A stretch of DNA of 64,000 nt, from the NCBI RefSeq assembly GCF_018350175.1, contig NC_058368.1, positions 129,706,001 to 129,770,000 on the forward strand. Reading direction: 5' to 3'. A program made the translations under genes and the position numbers. Positions 25,047 through 39,500 of this stretch are shown here, piece after piece (the first letter of the stretch is position 1; each line of letters opens with the position of its first letter). The notes beneath the pieces were generated by a model. The model was not told where the DNA came from. It made no database searches and saw only the letters and a program-made list of their open reading frames with translations. The stretch comes from Felis catus (Eukaryota).

Positions 25047-25753
25047 GGATTAAAGGAGCTAAAATTTTGTCCCATTTAATCTTCATTCATTTAGCAAATG
25101 TTGTGTAGAATTCACTTTGTTCCATGGGCAAACTCTTAACTCAGAAAGTGTTTTGGAGGGATTTGGGGGAACATGCTTAAAAAGGAAACATAGAACATAG
25201 TGAAGTATTAATTTAAACCACAACATAAATGCTACAAAAATAATGACACAACGAAAGCCATGAATTTAGGGACAAATCCATTTGAAGGATTTCTTAACAC
25301 TATGTAATTTGTTACTGCTAAGCTTTTGATTACTGTATAATCAGGCTGACAAATGACTAATGCTGGGCAGGTCCAAACAAGTGAATTCTAGTTTTGTCTG
25401 GGACTCTGTCTCCCCATCTTTGTGTAGAGTCTTACAGAATTTAATGGTCCTACCTCCTTTTTGGTTGTCTGTCCCTCTATGTGACTGACAAAAGCTTTGT
25501 AATTTTTCTCATCTAGACTCTAGACACCGGGTGAGGTAATTACCCAGAAGCTTAGAGTACACTTACTTTGTCTATCATTCATTTTTAAATATTATATTCA
25601 CAAGTGGAGAGAACACACAGATTTTATAAAATGTGTGACATTTTGATAATGAAGGTTCAAAAAAGAAAAAAAAAGGAGAAAAAAATGTAATTCTGCCAAA
25701 ATTTCTGGAACTCAGTTTTAGTTGACCATTTATTATTTAAAGGAAATAGAATC

Positions 25754-25995
25754 GGGGCACCTGGGTGGCTGAGTCAGTTAAGTATCCTACTTTTGATTTC
25801 TGCTCCTGTCATGATCTCAGGGTTTGTGAGTTTGAGGACCACGTTGAGCTCCACACTGACACTATGAAGCCTGTTTGGGATTCTCTCTTTCCCTCTCTTG
25901 TTTGCCCCTTCCCTGCTCTTTCTCTCTCTCTCACATGTGTGCATACTCTCCCTTCTCCTCTGGCTTTCAAAATAAATAAATAAATACTTTTAAAA
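25754..25995 (+). mobile_element. Older Can-SINE
   Basis: Diverged head and body; TSD aaaggaaatagaa. Confidence 0.88.
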
Positions 25996-26378
25996 AAAGG
26001 AAATAGAAGCATAATTATAATTGGCTATAAATGTTGGCATTGATGCGTTTGAGACGATCATTATTACATCAACACTTGAAATCAAAGCGGAAACCAAACG
26101 AATGACAAGGCTGCAGATGAAGGTAGACCTTGATGGAAAGAACTGAGAGCATAAGTCATAGTCAGCAATGTGAAAAAGCCTGAAACCAGGGAACTTGGAA
26201 GCCAGGGGGGAAATGAGCAAGCCAATCCAACAGGCAGTGGAGGGGATTGGTTTATGCTTCCTCCTACCTCAGACCACACAAAGGCAGAAAGGAGCAGAGA
26301 ACACTCATGTTGTTGAGATCATGTTTCCCTGGTTGTAATGCTGACTTCAGTGGTGCCATCTAACAAGTGGTGAATGTA

Positions 26379-26556
26379 GGGGGCTCAGTCGGTTAGGCAT
26401 CCCACTCTTCATTTGGGCTCAGGTCACGATCTCACAGTTCGTGAGATCGAACCCCACATCGAGCGCTGTGCTGACGGCGTGAGCCTGCTTGGGATTCTCT
26501 CTCTCCCTCCCCTTCTCCTTCTCCCTTTGCCCCTCCCCTACTCTGTAGCCCAAAAG
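26379..26556 (+). mobile_element. Older Can-SINE with shortened head and tail
   Basis: ggctcagtcggttaggcatcc...; TSD aagtggtgaat(g/a)tag. Confidence 0.82.
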
Positions 26557-26719
26557 AAGTGGTGAATATAGACTATGATAAATAGTAAAATAGAATGTTT
26601 GGATTTGGCAGAAGTGAAAAAGGGATCTAAGAATAGTCTTCATTCTTCCCAGTCTCCCCACCACCCTCAAGACACACATACAACATCCCTGTTGCTTAGA
26701 AGCCATTTGTGTAATAGTA

Positions 26720-27100
26720 ACTACTGTGCATTGAATGTCTGTGTTCTGCCCAAATTCATATGTTGAAATCCTGACCTACAAGGTGATGGTACTAGGAGAT
26801 GGTATTAGGAGAGGGGGTCTTTGGGAGGTTATTAGGTAGGTTACAAAGGCAGAGCCCTCATAAATGGAATCACTGTCCTTATGAGAGAGACCAGAGAAAG
26901 CTCCCATGCCCCTTCTGCCATGAGAGTTTACAGCAAAAAGACAGCCATCTAAGAAGTCAGCTCTTACCAGCTATTGACCGAATCTGCCAGCACCTTAATC
27001 TTGGACTCCCCAGCCTTCAGAACTGTGAGACAACAAGTGTCTGTTGTTTATAAGCTACCCAGTCTCTGCCATTTTGTTACAGTAGCCCAGACGAGGATGG
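26720..27100 (+). mobile_element. MaLR solo LTR (MLT1A-like)
   Basis: tgaatgtctgtgttctgcccaaattcatatgttgaaatcct...tgttgtttataagctacccagtct. Confidence 0.85.
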
Positions 27101-27879
27101 TAACGTTTTGCAGAGATAACTTCACTCTGACCTTCTATTCCTTCTAAACACTAGATCAGGAACGTAATCTTCTATGCCTTCACATTCAGTAGTTTTAAGT
27201 TTTCTATTTTACCATAATAACAACATTTGTAATGGAAGTTTTTACACCTTTTAGAGAACACTGTCTTTTTTGCCAAAGTACACTAGACAAAAAGAGTAGG
27301 TAGTGTCAGAAGACATTTGAGTTTAAATATAAGCATTAAACTCCCGGATGCCGAAGTTAGCTATTAGCAAGTCTACTGTTGTCACTAGAGTCCTACAAGG
27401 AGGTAGGTGTTACAAAAGCCATCTGAATCCTCCTTTATGGCTAAACACTATAGTTAAAGCTGTAATCTGTAGTTGATCTTTTCTGAAAACTTCCTCAACA
27501 TGTCAGCAAAGGAAATTAAAATCTTAATTAAACCCTTTTCATTAGATGTAGCAATGAAGACAGTGCTTTCACTATAGCCATGATGATACTGCGATAAAAT
27601 GACTAGAGCATGAGAAATGCCACCTTGTCTTGGACCAAGATTCCAACTAGTCATTTCTTACAGTGCCATTGAGACTATCTTGTGATTTCTTATCAAACCC
27701 CAGGAACTATTGTTGGATCTTGAACAACCTTCATGTTTTATAATGAATATGTCATCCCTTAACTTATCTAAATCATCATTGCGCACATACCTATGATTTT
27801 GTCTACCCAGAAACTATTTTCCAGGAATTACTGTCACCCCTTTGTCCAATTTGTAAGGTTGCAAAAGGTTTTGCAATAC

Positions 27880-28312
27880 TCCTGTAACATGACGTTGTTC
27901 CCAGGCATGATCAGTTGGTCTTGAGGGCACTTGGCCTTAAACAGGCCTATTGATTCCTTCCTCAGAAATTCTAAAACTGGAACTGAGAGGAGCAAACATA
28001 AGTGGCTACACTACATACGCTAACTTGGAAACTGTTCCTACTGACATGTAGACTGCAAACAAGAAAGCTGGTCTGCCCTGAGAAAGTAAAGGAGATGTGG
28101 GAAGAGGGGCAGAGATACAGGTCCCAAGGAGAAGAATTTCTGAGTTTCCTTTGTGCTCCAGCTAGTGCTTGTGTTCTTGAGGATCAGGCACCTCTTGGAT
28201 TCCATTAATTACTCCAATTATTTTCCAATAAATCTACTTTTTGTTTTTATTGTTAAGCTCGTGTCATTGGGCATCTGTTTCTTGCACCAACAAATATGAG
28301 TCCTAACTAATA
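27880..28312 (+). mobile_element. Old MaLR/ERVL LTR relic
   Basis: 3' end aataaatctac...ctgtttcttgcaccaac...gagtcctaactaata. Confidence 0.5.
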
Positions 28313-28954
28313 TTTATTTAAGACACTTTTCTTTATTTAATATTTAACATATAAATTATTTATACTTTATCTTGTTCTACCTTTTGAAGGTACAAATTTC
28401 ATCAGTCTTTAATTCATTTCATCTATAGGATATGTCTTTCAAGTGTCGGGAAGCACCTTCTAGTTTGAGATTTGATGTTAAGTTTGTGTTCACCTTAAGC
28501 ATGCCCTTAATTATTTAAGAGCTTTGTTCATATCCTCTGTCTGTTGAGTTCAGTTGAGTTCACACATTTTTGGTTGTCTGCTTGGTGCCAGACAATGTAC
28601 TTGGTGACATAGACTGAAATATGAAGGAAGAGATCTTATAATCTAGTAAAAGTGAAATATTTGTAAACGAACAATTGAGATGTAGTACCAAGAGGTACCA
28701 AAGAAGTGCAAGGTATGAGCAAGGTATGAACAAGGGAATTACTAACACTCTCACTAGTAACAGACAATAGTTTTTCCCCCAGCAATCTTCCCCCAATTTT
28801 TCTAGAAACTTCTCTTTCACCTTCTTCATGCGTATAGTAGTAATTCCTTCAGTCAAGGGAGTTGAATGATCTCACACGCATTTATATTCCATTTCCACTC
28901 TGGCCGCAAAGTCTAGAATCCTAACACAGGTTGTGCCAGTTCGAGTGCCCTGTA

Positions 28955-29590
28955 TGTGGCCCCGCAGCTGACCTCCAGTGAGCCTCACCTCCTGCTTTCC
29001 CACACTTGTGTCATCTCCTCCTACTCTAAATAGGGCTTACCTGGGTAATAATTAGAATAGTAAAGAAAAGCAGAGTATGACTTCCATATCTCGATCAGAG
29101 AAAGTATTTGAGCTTTATAATGTGTATAGCAATTATACTCTCCCGCAAATTAAAATAATTTTAAACATAAAATTTTTTTACAGAAAAAAAATATTACAGC
29201 TTCTGTCTTGCTCCTTTGGAGTACTCACTCTGGGGTAAGCCAGATGCGTTGCCGTGAGAACAATGAGGCAGCTCTGTGAAGATGTCCACGTGATGTGGAA
29301 CTGAGGCCTCCTGCCAACAGCTGGCAGTAACTTAGCAGGCATGTAAATGAGTCCCCTTGGAAGTGATCCTTCAGCCTGGTCAAGTCTTCAGATGCCTGCA
29401 GCTGTAGCTGATATCTTGACTGCAGCTTCATCAGAGACTTCCCCGGCTCCAGCCTAAGATAGAACCACCTAGCTAAGCTGCTCCTAAGTTCTGGTTGCAC
29501 AGAAACTGTGAGATAAAAAATGCTCGCTGTTGTTTAAAGTTGCTAACGTTTGGAGTAATTTGTTATGCAGGAACAGATAATACCATACCA
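28955..29590 (+). mobile_element. MaLR solo LTR (MLT1F-like)
   Basis: cactctggggtaagccag...gaactgaggcctcctgccaacagc...gtaatttgttatgcaggaacagataa. Confidence 0.8.
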
Positions 29591-31529
29591 CATCCTTTTG
29601 GACTCCATAATCGGTCCAGGGATGGGCAACTAACCCAAGTTAGGCCAATGACTAATTTCCTCCCAATGTTTTGATGAACTGTCACAGAAAACACGTAGAC
29701 CATTTCTCTCTGGTGGCTGAACTAATAAGATGTATAATTTAAATGCTATCAGTGACCATGTTTCCACGAGGTGGAGAAAACCAGTCTTAAAAAGCATGAA
29801 GTTGACACAGAGAGAAACAGAATATCAGGAATAGAGCCACAGTCATGTTAAGGCCTTAGTTCCAACTATTCCTGACACTTACCTGGATCTTGCCCTTTCT
29901 TTGTCTTGTGTTTGTCTCTTCTCCAGAATCTTCCATCCTGATGTTATGGCCTTACAGCCTCTGCATATCTTGGTTATCTTTCATTTATTCTCTTGACACG
30001 TTCTCTCGCTTCAGTTGCTGTGCATATGTCATCTCACCAATGAGACCACCTTGCCTAATATAGATTATCCAGTGCGTGATGACTTTTTAATTTATCATCC
30101 TGGCAAGGTGGAACATTTCCTAGAATTTACTTTCTTGTATGTTTCCAGGTACAGTGGGCCACAGGGAAGATTCTTGAGAGATTTGCAGGGTCTACAACTG
30201 CTCAATCTTCCCATGGATCCTCCTTCAGTTCCTCCTACTTCCGGTCCCCGTGAGTGTGTTTAGCTCTGTGCTGATGAGCCCCAGCCTTTGCAAGATACCC
30301 TTATCACCAAGGTCAGAGACAAGGTCAGAGACAGGTTTCTGTCTGTCCTTGTGGAGTTGCTTCTCAAGCTTATGGATTCCATGCTGCCCTTAATCATCTT
30401 TCTCACTTGACATCCATTTCCCCCTCCCAATGTATTAGCAGACACAGAGACAATAGCCTTACAGGGCTTGCAAAACTAGCTCCCACAGTTGGGAGAGACA
30501 TAAACATTAAGTGGAGAGGAGGCTGAAAGAGGTCCTTAGCATCAGAGGGGGCCAAGGTGACTCTGAGAAGTAACAAGAAAAAACCTCGCTCACCATCTAC
30601 AAGGCAGAGGCCATAACCTTGGCAGAATCCAGCTATAGAGAACAGGACTAGACAGAGCCAAAGGTCTTCCACAGAAAATTCTATCTTTCTTCCTAGTGAT
30701 CTCCAATCCAGTGAATTAGAAGAGAAAGGGGAGAAAGAGTAAAAGAACTGACTCTGAAGTTCCTTTGTCCCTGGGTCAAGCCTTGGCTGGCGGAAAAGTG
30801 AGGATGTGATTAGAGTTTTAAGTGGACTCAACCAAAAGTGTCCAGCAAGCTGTGGGATCTTTTTGACACGTTAGGAAGAACCTACCTACTAAGGGAGAGC
30901 TGATATAGCACAACAGAAGACAGAGAAGGGAGAAAAATAAAATCTTTAATGTTTGTACTCCATCACATTTATCCTATTCAATAAAATGGTGATGTTCAGA
31001 TGGACATATTTCTGGGTTTGAAGATCATCATATTCCCAACAAAGGAAAGAATACATTGTAATTGAGTATGAGAAGAGAAGAGGACTTAGGGCAGAACCCA
31101 GGCAGAACATTAAAGGGTCAAGAATTGGAAAGAAAAGCCAGCAAAGAAGACTGAACACTCAGAAGAGGCAAGACAAGGGAGAACTTCAAGAAGGAATCAG
31201 TTCCATAGTAGTTTATGCTGCCTTAATGCCACTTGACTGATTCCAAACCCTACCAGCTTGTAGACACAAATCTGATCACGTCAGTTTCCAAACTTCTCAG
31301 GTTCTACACCTCATTTGTATAATTGCTGGTAATCCTTCTCCCCTGAAGGCTTCTTTGCTATAAGCTCTGTTGTTTCTGTACTATCTCTCAATTTCCCAAT
31401 GCTCCAAAGTACAAAATCCTGAGTGAGCTCATAGGACTGCATTTCATTTGTAGTCATGTGTGTTGAAGCCACACTCTCTTCCCAACAAAGATGGGGAATA
31501 TGATAGTAGTAGAGACTATTATACTTCGG

Positions 31530-31780
31530 TATCCTTTTGTTTGTTTGCTATCCTAGACCGCCAAGAATAAAATAAAATATAAAACCTATAACCCAGTTTC
31601 TCTTGAAGCTAGGGATGGCAATATGATTAGATTCTAGCAATAAACTGTGAGCAGAAGCAGTGCGTGCAACCACAAGGATATTCCCTTTTACTTCTTTCCC
31701 TTCTTCCAGGAGGTCGGAATGCTGAAATCATGCTGAAGCAGCCCTTGTGGACCACAGGTGACCTTGGGAATGAGGACCCC
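31530..31780 (+). mobile_element. MaLR LTR fragment (MLT1J-like)
   Basis: cccagtttctcttgaagctagggatggcaatatga...gagcagaagcagtgcgtgcaac. Confidence 0.5.
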
Positions 31781-31854
31781 CCACCCCCACCCTGGGATTG
31801 ATGCTGAGGTATACTTCCCAGCGGTTCCTTTAATAAAGGCTGCTGGGAATGATG

Positions 31855-32070
31855 TCAGTAGACAGCCCACTGCTCTCAAACCCCTCAGCTGACGAGAGCT
31901 ACCTTGTTCAAGTTCACAACCATTCCAAGGTGGCCCACATCCAGTGACACATCACTGTGGGAATATAAAGACCTGGTCATTTTGGCCTAATTCAAGATAA
32001 CTCTGGCCACAGCTATTATTGGGGCTGGATCACAGCTTGACCCCCTCTGCCCACTCCTGTTCTTCCCCAT
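31855..32070 (+). mobile_element. ERVL LTR fragment (LTR16A-like)
   Basis: cctcagctgacgagagc...gcccacatccagtgac...tataaagacctggtcat. Confidence 0.6.
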
Positions 32071-32179
32071 ACCAACCAGACAGGCCTTTGTGTAGCTGCC
32101 TACTAAGGCTGCAGTACTCCTTGCCAGCCCCCCTCCCAGTCACAGAACTGAGCTCCTTCATGTCCTTCTGATTTTTGTT

Positions 32180-32495
32180 CAAAACTCATGACCTCAATGA
32201 GCCTGGCCCTGCCTACCCTCCTAGACTATCTTGCCCACCAACATTCCTGATCCTTGTCATCTTGCTCTACTTGTTTCCTTTTTCCCAATGCTTACCATTC
32301 TCTAATATGCTATCTCAGTTATTTATGTATCTATTTATTATTATGTTTTTCTCTCTCTCTCCCTTAGTAGGATGTAAGATAACAGTAGCACAAGGACAGG
32401 GATCTCAGTTTTGTGCACTGATATATCCCACACACCTACAAGGATGCCTGACACATAGCAGACATTCAGTAAATATTTGTTGAATAAGTGAATAA
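32180..32495 (+). mobile_element. L2 LINE 3' end
   Basis: gcctgacacatagcagacattcagtaaatatttgttgaataagtgaata. Confidence 0.75.
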
Positions 32496-32639
32496 TTCTC
32501 AAAGAGAATTTTGCAGATATTCAATCTTCAGGACTCTCAATCCCAAAAACAGATTGGAGAGTTCTTGGGCAGCAGCTTCACTAGTTATTACATATTTATA
32601 TCATCCAATAAGAAAAAAAATGTTTGCACATTTTTAAAA

Positions 32640-32850
32640 ATTTTACTGTTTATTTATTTTTGAGAGAGAGAGAGAGAGAAACAAAGCACGAGAAGTGGAG
32701 GGGCAGAGAGAGAGGGAGACACAGAATCTGAAGCAGATTCCAGGCTCTGAGCTGTCAGCACAGAGCTGGATATGGGGCACAAACCCATGAATGGTGAAAT
32801 CACCTGAGCCAAAGTCAGAAGCTCAACCTACTAAGCCACCCAAGCTTTCC
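32640..32850 (-). mobile_element. Can-SINE
   Basis: Minus-strand copy. Confidence 0.88.
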
Positions 32851-32903
32851 GGTTGTCATTTTTATGGAGTATAAATCATTCCTTTTATAGTTTATATTCA
32901 TTA

Positions 32904-32906
<3 letters not shown>

Positions 32907-32949
<43 letters not shown>

Positions 32950-32961
32950 CACACACACATT

Positions 32962-33000
<39 letters not shown>
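32907..33000. repeat. Compound (TC)n(CA)n microsatellite
   Basis: Direct reading. Confidence 0.95.
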
Positions 33001-33002
<2 letters not shown>

Positions 33003-33697
33003 CTGAATATTATGATACCTATTTCACAGGTAAGGCCTGTGATTTCTGTTCCAAAGAGATGGCCATTGTAAAGAGTGACTTTCCTTAGAATAGAAAACTT
33101 AGAAAACACAAACCTGAAATTCTCAAGTGTGGTGATCCAGGACAGCTTGCTGGGTTACATGATAGGGTACGGTTACTTCTAACAGGAACTGTCTGTTCTC
33201 AAGTACAATTCATCACAACTGAGTTGTTGGAAACTTTGTTTTGCTTCATATTACCAGCTTCTGAAAGAAGTCAGTATTTGTGAAGTTTCAGGGAGTTTCC
33301 TTTGAAGTCAGCACTACAGTAAAAACATGAACTAGATCAACTGAACACTCATGGAGTCAGCCTGAGGATTTATTTCTGTATTTTCCGGGGGCTTTCTTCT
33401 CCCGGGCAAGTTCCTGCTTTTTCACCATTTGCCTTAAGAGTTAGTAAAGGTTATGTAAATGTCATTAGTGAGTAAACATGAATAATAATTCCAACAAAAT
33501 CTTGTCTTCTGAGGCTGTATTCTTTAATATATTTCTCTAAATTATCAGTTATCTTTTTATTCTTTGACTTCCATTTTGCCTGGCTATTGTTTCCCAAACT
33601 ACATTTTTGTAGAGACTACTTTTTACTTTCTGCAATTGTACACCAGAAACATTCCGACATCTGGTAATCACATTGTCCTCCATTCTTTTTATAAACA

Positions 33698-33907
33698 TTT
33701 TTTAATGTTTATTTATTTATTTTGAGAGGGAGAGAGAGCAGGAGAGGGGCAGGAGGAGAGAGGGAGAATTCCAAGTGGGCTCCAGGCCATGAGTGGAGAG
33801 CCCAATGGGGCGGGGGGCGGGGGGCTCATTCCCATGAACAGTGAAATCACGACCTGAACCGAAATCAAGAGTCGGGCACTTAACTGACTGAGCCACCCAG
33901 GTGCCCC
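33698..33907 (-). mobile_element. Older Can-SINE
   Basis: Minus-strand copy with an internal G-rich expansion. Confidence 0.88.
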
Positions 33908-34459
33908 GACAGTGTCCTCCCTTCTTAAGAATCAGAAAAGTGCACATACCACTGTCCTTTATGATCCATGTTTCATATGTAACCAGTTTCTATTCTTGAT
34001 GTCTTTTATATCTACTATCTACTAGATCATATTAGATGTACTACTCATCTACTATACTAGATCTACAAAATCACAGTCTCTGGTGATAGGACCCTAGACT
34101 CTGCCTAACAATCAACCACATGAATTTTGTGCCTGATACGATTTGAGGATTAATAGATTATTATGGTATTAACAGGGGCTCCTCCCAGGCCAAGGAACTT
34201 GGAGGGAAGGGGGGCTTTCCTTCTCATTTTACTTTATACTCTTTTGTATTAAAAACAATTTTATGAGCACTTATTATATATGTGATAATCTATATCTACT
34301 AGAGATTTCTTAGGTTTAGAAGAATGACATATTACATATTGATTTTCTGGGTTATATCCATGAGGAAATATCAACTTAGATCATTCATGAGGAGAAAAGA
34401 CTATCAAATCAAAGGCTATACATTTGACGATATATAATGCAGTTATCAAATTTTCCCTT

Positions 34460-35045
34460 CGTTTATTCAACAAATAGTTGTTGAACATCTGTGTTTTAGG
34501 TACTGCTCTATGTGCCAAAAACATACTGAAGAATATTAGATAAGGTTCCTACCTCCAAGGAGCTTACTTTAGAGTGGGGGAGGGGACAGACAAAAAATAA
34601 ATAATGGAGCAAGGTAATTGCAGGTTGTGGTAAGAAATAGGGTGATATGACAGTAAGGTTGGGGTAGGGTAAGGTTAAGAAGACTTTTTTTCAGGAGGTG
34701 ATTTGTGACTGAGAGCCGAAAGATTAGAAGAACCAGTCAAATGAAAAGTTGAGTAAAAGCCTCAATTTTGATCTGGGTAAGAACTTGATATTTTTAAGTG
34801 ATAAATAGAAACCCAGTGAGGCTGGAACAGAGTGAGCTAGAGAATAGTACTAGATAAGGTTGGAGACATAGCCGGAGCTAGATCATGTACAGCTCTGTAA
34901 AGAATTCAGATTTTATTCTAGGGGCACCTGGGTGGCTCACTTGTTTGGGCATCCAACTCTTGATTTTGGGTCAGGTTATGATCCTGGGGTCATGGGATCG
35001 AGCCCTGCATTGGGCTCTGTGTCGAATGTGGAGCCTGCTTGAGAT

Positions 35046-35076
<31 letters not shown>

Positions 35077-35190
35077 CTCTGCCCCTTTCCCTCATTCACT
35101 CTCTAAAATGAAAAAAAAAAAAAGAATTTAGATTTTATTCTAGGAAGTTGATGATATTGTCTGTTTTGCATTTTAAGTAATCACTTTTGT
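34460..35190 (-). mobile_element. L2 LINE interrupted by a + strand Can-SINE (34921-35123)
   Basis: ttattcaacaaatagttgttgaacatct is the antisense L2 terminus; SINE TSD agaatt(c/t)agattttattcta. Confidence 0.75.
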
Positions 35191-35457
35191 ACCTGATATT
35201 TTCATTTAGAGGAATTTGCCCACAATGAAAAAGTTTTACACGGATGTTCACATTGAGAATTTTATATCGGTAAAATACTGAAGACAGCCCAACAATACAA
35301 TAAATGTATAAGCAGAAAATGATTTAGAAATATATGAAATATTATGTAGCTATTAAAAATTACAAGTGTTTATACATTATAAAACACACTGAAATAGTCC
35401 TAACAAATGAATCAAACCAAAAAAAATCTCTTAACAGAAAATTAAATCGACAATGTA

Positions 35458-35650
35458 GGGGTGCCTGGATGGCTCATTCGGTTAAGTGTCCAACTTTGGA
35501 TCAGGTTATGATCTCACAGTTCGTGGGTTCAAGCCTGGAGTCTGGCTCAGCTCAGAGCCTGGAGCCTGCTTCAGATTCTGTGTCTTTCTCTGTCTCTGTC
35601 CTCCCCTTCTTGTTCTCTCTCACTCTCTCTCAGAAATAAACATTAAAGAA
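35458..35650 (+). mobile_element. Can-SINE
   Basis: Head, body and AATAAA present. Confidence 0.9.
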
Positions 35651-36344
35651 ATATGATGTAAAGATGTCTTTAATGTATTTCCACAGTTGGAAAATATATT
35701 CACTCTGTCCTAGCTATGCTCCACTGATGGTATACAACATACATTTTCAATTTAAACAAGAAATTCAAACAGCCATCAAAAGTAAGTATGTATATTAACA
35801 AAGGTTAGGAAAATAAGACATGTTTTGGGGCTTAATATTTATTGGAAACTTTGCCTTCTATAAATTTGCTTAAAGCATTATGAAAAAAAAAGTCAAGTGT
35901 TCTTTTTTAACAACAAGGAATATTTCAGTGAAATCCATTTTTTCCAGTTGTGCTTGATTTGGACTGAATACACTGAGAAAACTAACACTGCTCATAGTTT
36001 TTTAAACTATGTAATGAGGATGAGTAGCACACCATTAATCATTTTGGTTTATATCACCAATGCTCTGTGATATATAAGACTTTATTAAGTTCCTGCATTG
36101 ATTTTTATTAATATAAAAAACTTTTAACTTTACTACAAATGGTGAAAAGACTCCCTGTTATTTCTGAGTTCATACTTAGCAAATTACTGAAAATCTGGTA
36201 TAAGGGAAAGCCACGATACTTCCTTTGAGAGGGATTAGTCATGTAAATTGAAATTAAAGCAAAAATTACAATAATAAGTATAAAGATTAGGAATATCTCA
36301 ATGTAGACAATAATTGAATATGACACCATATTATGTGATATTTC

Positions 36345-36568
36345 TTTTTTTTATTTTATTTTTTTAATGTTCATTTATTTTTGAGACAGAGAGAGACAGA
36401 GCATGAACGGGGGAGGGTCAGAGAGAGAGGGAGACACAGAATCCGAAACAGGCTCCAGGCTCTGAGCACTCAGCACAGAGCCCGACGCAGGGCCTGAACT
36501 CACGGACAGCGAGATCATGACCTGAGCCAAAGTCGGACGCTCAACCGACTGAGCCACCCAGGCGCCCC
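36345..36568 (-). mobile_element. Can-SINE (felid type) with TSD
   Basis: TSD atgtgatatttct. Confidence 0.93.
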
Positions 36569-39500
36569 ATGTGATATTTCTATACAGACCTGAGTTGAAT
36601 ATGGACCTCAAAAGGTTTTGTACATTAGCTGTCCACCAACAGCTTACCATTAATCCGATGCAATACACTAGCAAAAAAGTATAAGCACAAGAATTATAAT
36701 GAAGGTGAACAAGGAAAATAATAAAATCAATTCAGTACATAGTCCCTAAATGGTCAATGTACAGAAAATACTAAATTATGGGGATTCAGGATAATCAATA
36801 GATCTCAACCAGTTGCACTTACACCTCAGTATCTTCTGATGAGATTTACAAAGTGGGCCACATTAAGGTCCCCACTGGAGATTTTAAACCATAAGGCCCT
36901 AGAGTAAAGTTTGTGCTCTGTATTTGTTTAAAGTGTTTCTCAGGTCCTTCTGATGATCATGACTAGGGGAGAATCACCCAGATAGGACCGTCATTATAGA
37001 TTAGATTGAGAAGAGAAAGCTCCATAAAGAAGAGGGGACTTCCACTGTGCCATGCCAGATGGAAAGGCTTTAAATGGAAAGAAAAGAGAAGGGCAAGTCA
37101 TTTACCAGAGGAGCAGAAACAGGCAGGAATGCGCAGGTGTTGTAGGGAAGAAAGTAGGTAGACCATTCTTCAAAGAGTTCAAGGTAAATAAAGATAGTAA
37201 TAGCCACTGAATGAGGTAATTAGAAGGTAATTGTTGACTTAAAAAAAATACAATTCAGTAGAGGATTGAATCCAGATTTAGGGCTTAGGAAATAAATGAG
37301 TGATGGGGAATGAAGGCAGTGGGTATTTAGAGCACTCATTTGAGAATTTGGCGGGGGAGGGAAAGTGAAAAATAGAATGGAATTTAATAGGAAGTGAAGG
37401 ATCAAGAGAAGATTCCCGCCCCCCCCCCCCCCCAATTGCCTGAACATGTTTGCAGGCAGTGGAGAGAAATCCAGTGGAGAAGAAAAGAGTGGATGATATT
37501 TTAGAGCAGGTAAAATTGGGATTTATATCTCCCAGGTGCTTTTTAATGTATTCATAAGGACTAAAATGAGTTACAGTGAAGTTACACCAGTTTAATTATA
37601 ATTTAAATCTGTGTAAATTCAGGGAATGAGAATCACTGACAACCAAAAAGTCTACAAGAAAGTTTTGGGCAAAAGTGGACAGCACCAAAATCAAAGACAG
37701 TTTCTGCCAACACTACCTGTTTTCTCCATTTGATCCTACATCCGCAAACTGTGGAAATAACTGAGTATAGATGCAAATATTGAACGGGACATTTCAAGTA
37801 AGATGTAATCAAGTACGGATAATCTAAGCTAAAACTGGAGCCAAGTTGTGCCTCTGCTCTTCCAACAAAGGAGCAGGTAACTGGCTAAGGTGAGTGCTGG
37901 CTGCCACCTCAAGACTCACTAGTTTAAGAGCCTCTTTCTTAGAATAATCTCTTAAGGTGTGTGTACTAATGACCCCAAGGCAGAGAAATTTTTAAAAGAA
38001 ATCCAAGCATAATAAGGAGATTGCTTTCGCTGGACTTTTTAAAAAAAAGTTTATCAACTCGGGTAGGTCAACAGCAGCCACTCCTGTTAGGTTATGACTT
38101 GACAGAAATGATTATTGAGCAAGTTACTCTGCCAGTTAAGGTAGGATGGACTGGAGTGGGTAAAAGAGTATAGATAGATCTATAAAGCTAATGCTCTCCT
38201 GCCAAATGTGAGGTGATGAAGGTGAGAGCCGATGCCAACTGTGTTTAATTTTATATCACTGGACATAAAATTCTAATTAGTGACTTGAGGATCATAGTAG
38301 AGTAGTGGTTTATTTTTTATAGGATAGTCTTACTATGTGTTTTTTTAAACTTGTATTGTACTTTATAAATGTCAAAGCACTGTCATGTTTTGTGATTTTA
38401 TTTGACCGTCACGAAAACGTTCTGCAGTTGAGAGAATACTTTTCCAGGTTGTTCTAAGAGGTAACAGATTCAGAGCAGTTTAACAAGTCAACTTATTGAA
38501 CCAATGTCAGTGTCTACCATGTGCCAGTTACTGTTCTCATTAGGGTTATATATTTTGCTTATGCCTGAGCCAGAGTCAGAATTCTTGATCTAGGATGTTT
38601 ATGGAAACGTAGCTATGTTGCATTTATTTATGACTGTTCTTTAGGAGGCTACTTTCACACAAAGCCCAAGATGCAAGTCTTGGTAAATACATATGCTGGG
38701 ATGTACCAAAAAACATAAGCCTTTTGGATATGACCTACAAAGTAAAAGTTTTTATATTCAACATGTGGCATGCCTCATACATTTTTTTTTTTTTTATGGA
38801 GCAGGATGATGTACCTATTTTTAAAATACCTTTGTATATGGATTAAAGGTTTAGACTTCTTAATTACATAACCCACAGGGTACAAGGTATGTGTCAGCAA
38901 CCATGATAAAACATATTTTATGAAGCAATTTTAAATTTAAAAGCTGGATAGCTTGATTCCTTTGCATTCTGTAAAGCATTTGCAAGCAAATAAATAGGTG
39001 TTTTACACCTCAGTCATTGAGACATCAGAGAATGAGTTCTACTAGACAGAACCCAAAGAGTTCAGATACCACTCTTAAGATTATTTAAAACAAAGAACAA
39101 AAAACAACCAAATCTTGATTTGGCCAGCTTATTTTGAAACAGAGGTCTTGAAGTGAGATATACAGTAATGCCATTTTTGGAATGTTAAAGCAGATTTTAT
39201 TTTCTAAGTTGTCTACCCAGTATTGTTATTTTTTCGTAGAAATTACTCCTACTTTAAAATGAATTTAAGAAACTTTAGGGTCTATTTAACCTGATTATTT
39301 ACATTGGTTGAAAATTCTAGGTATGTGCATATATGCACATAGGCACTTAACATACATATTCAGCTTCCAGTTAAAAAAGTTTTAAACTGTATATTTTGTT
39401 ATTATTACAGAGAGATTAACAATGACTTGAGAAAGTAAGGCAAGTGTGTTTTCCTCCATAACACGTCCCAACACTAGACGCTAAAGTCACAGGTTGGAGG

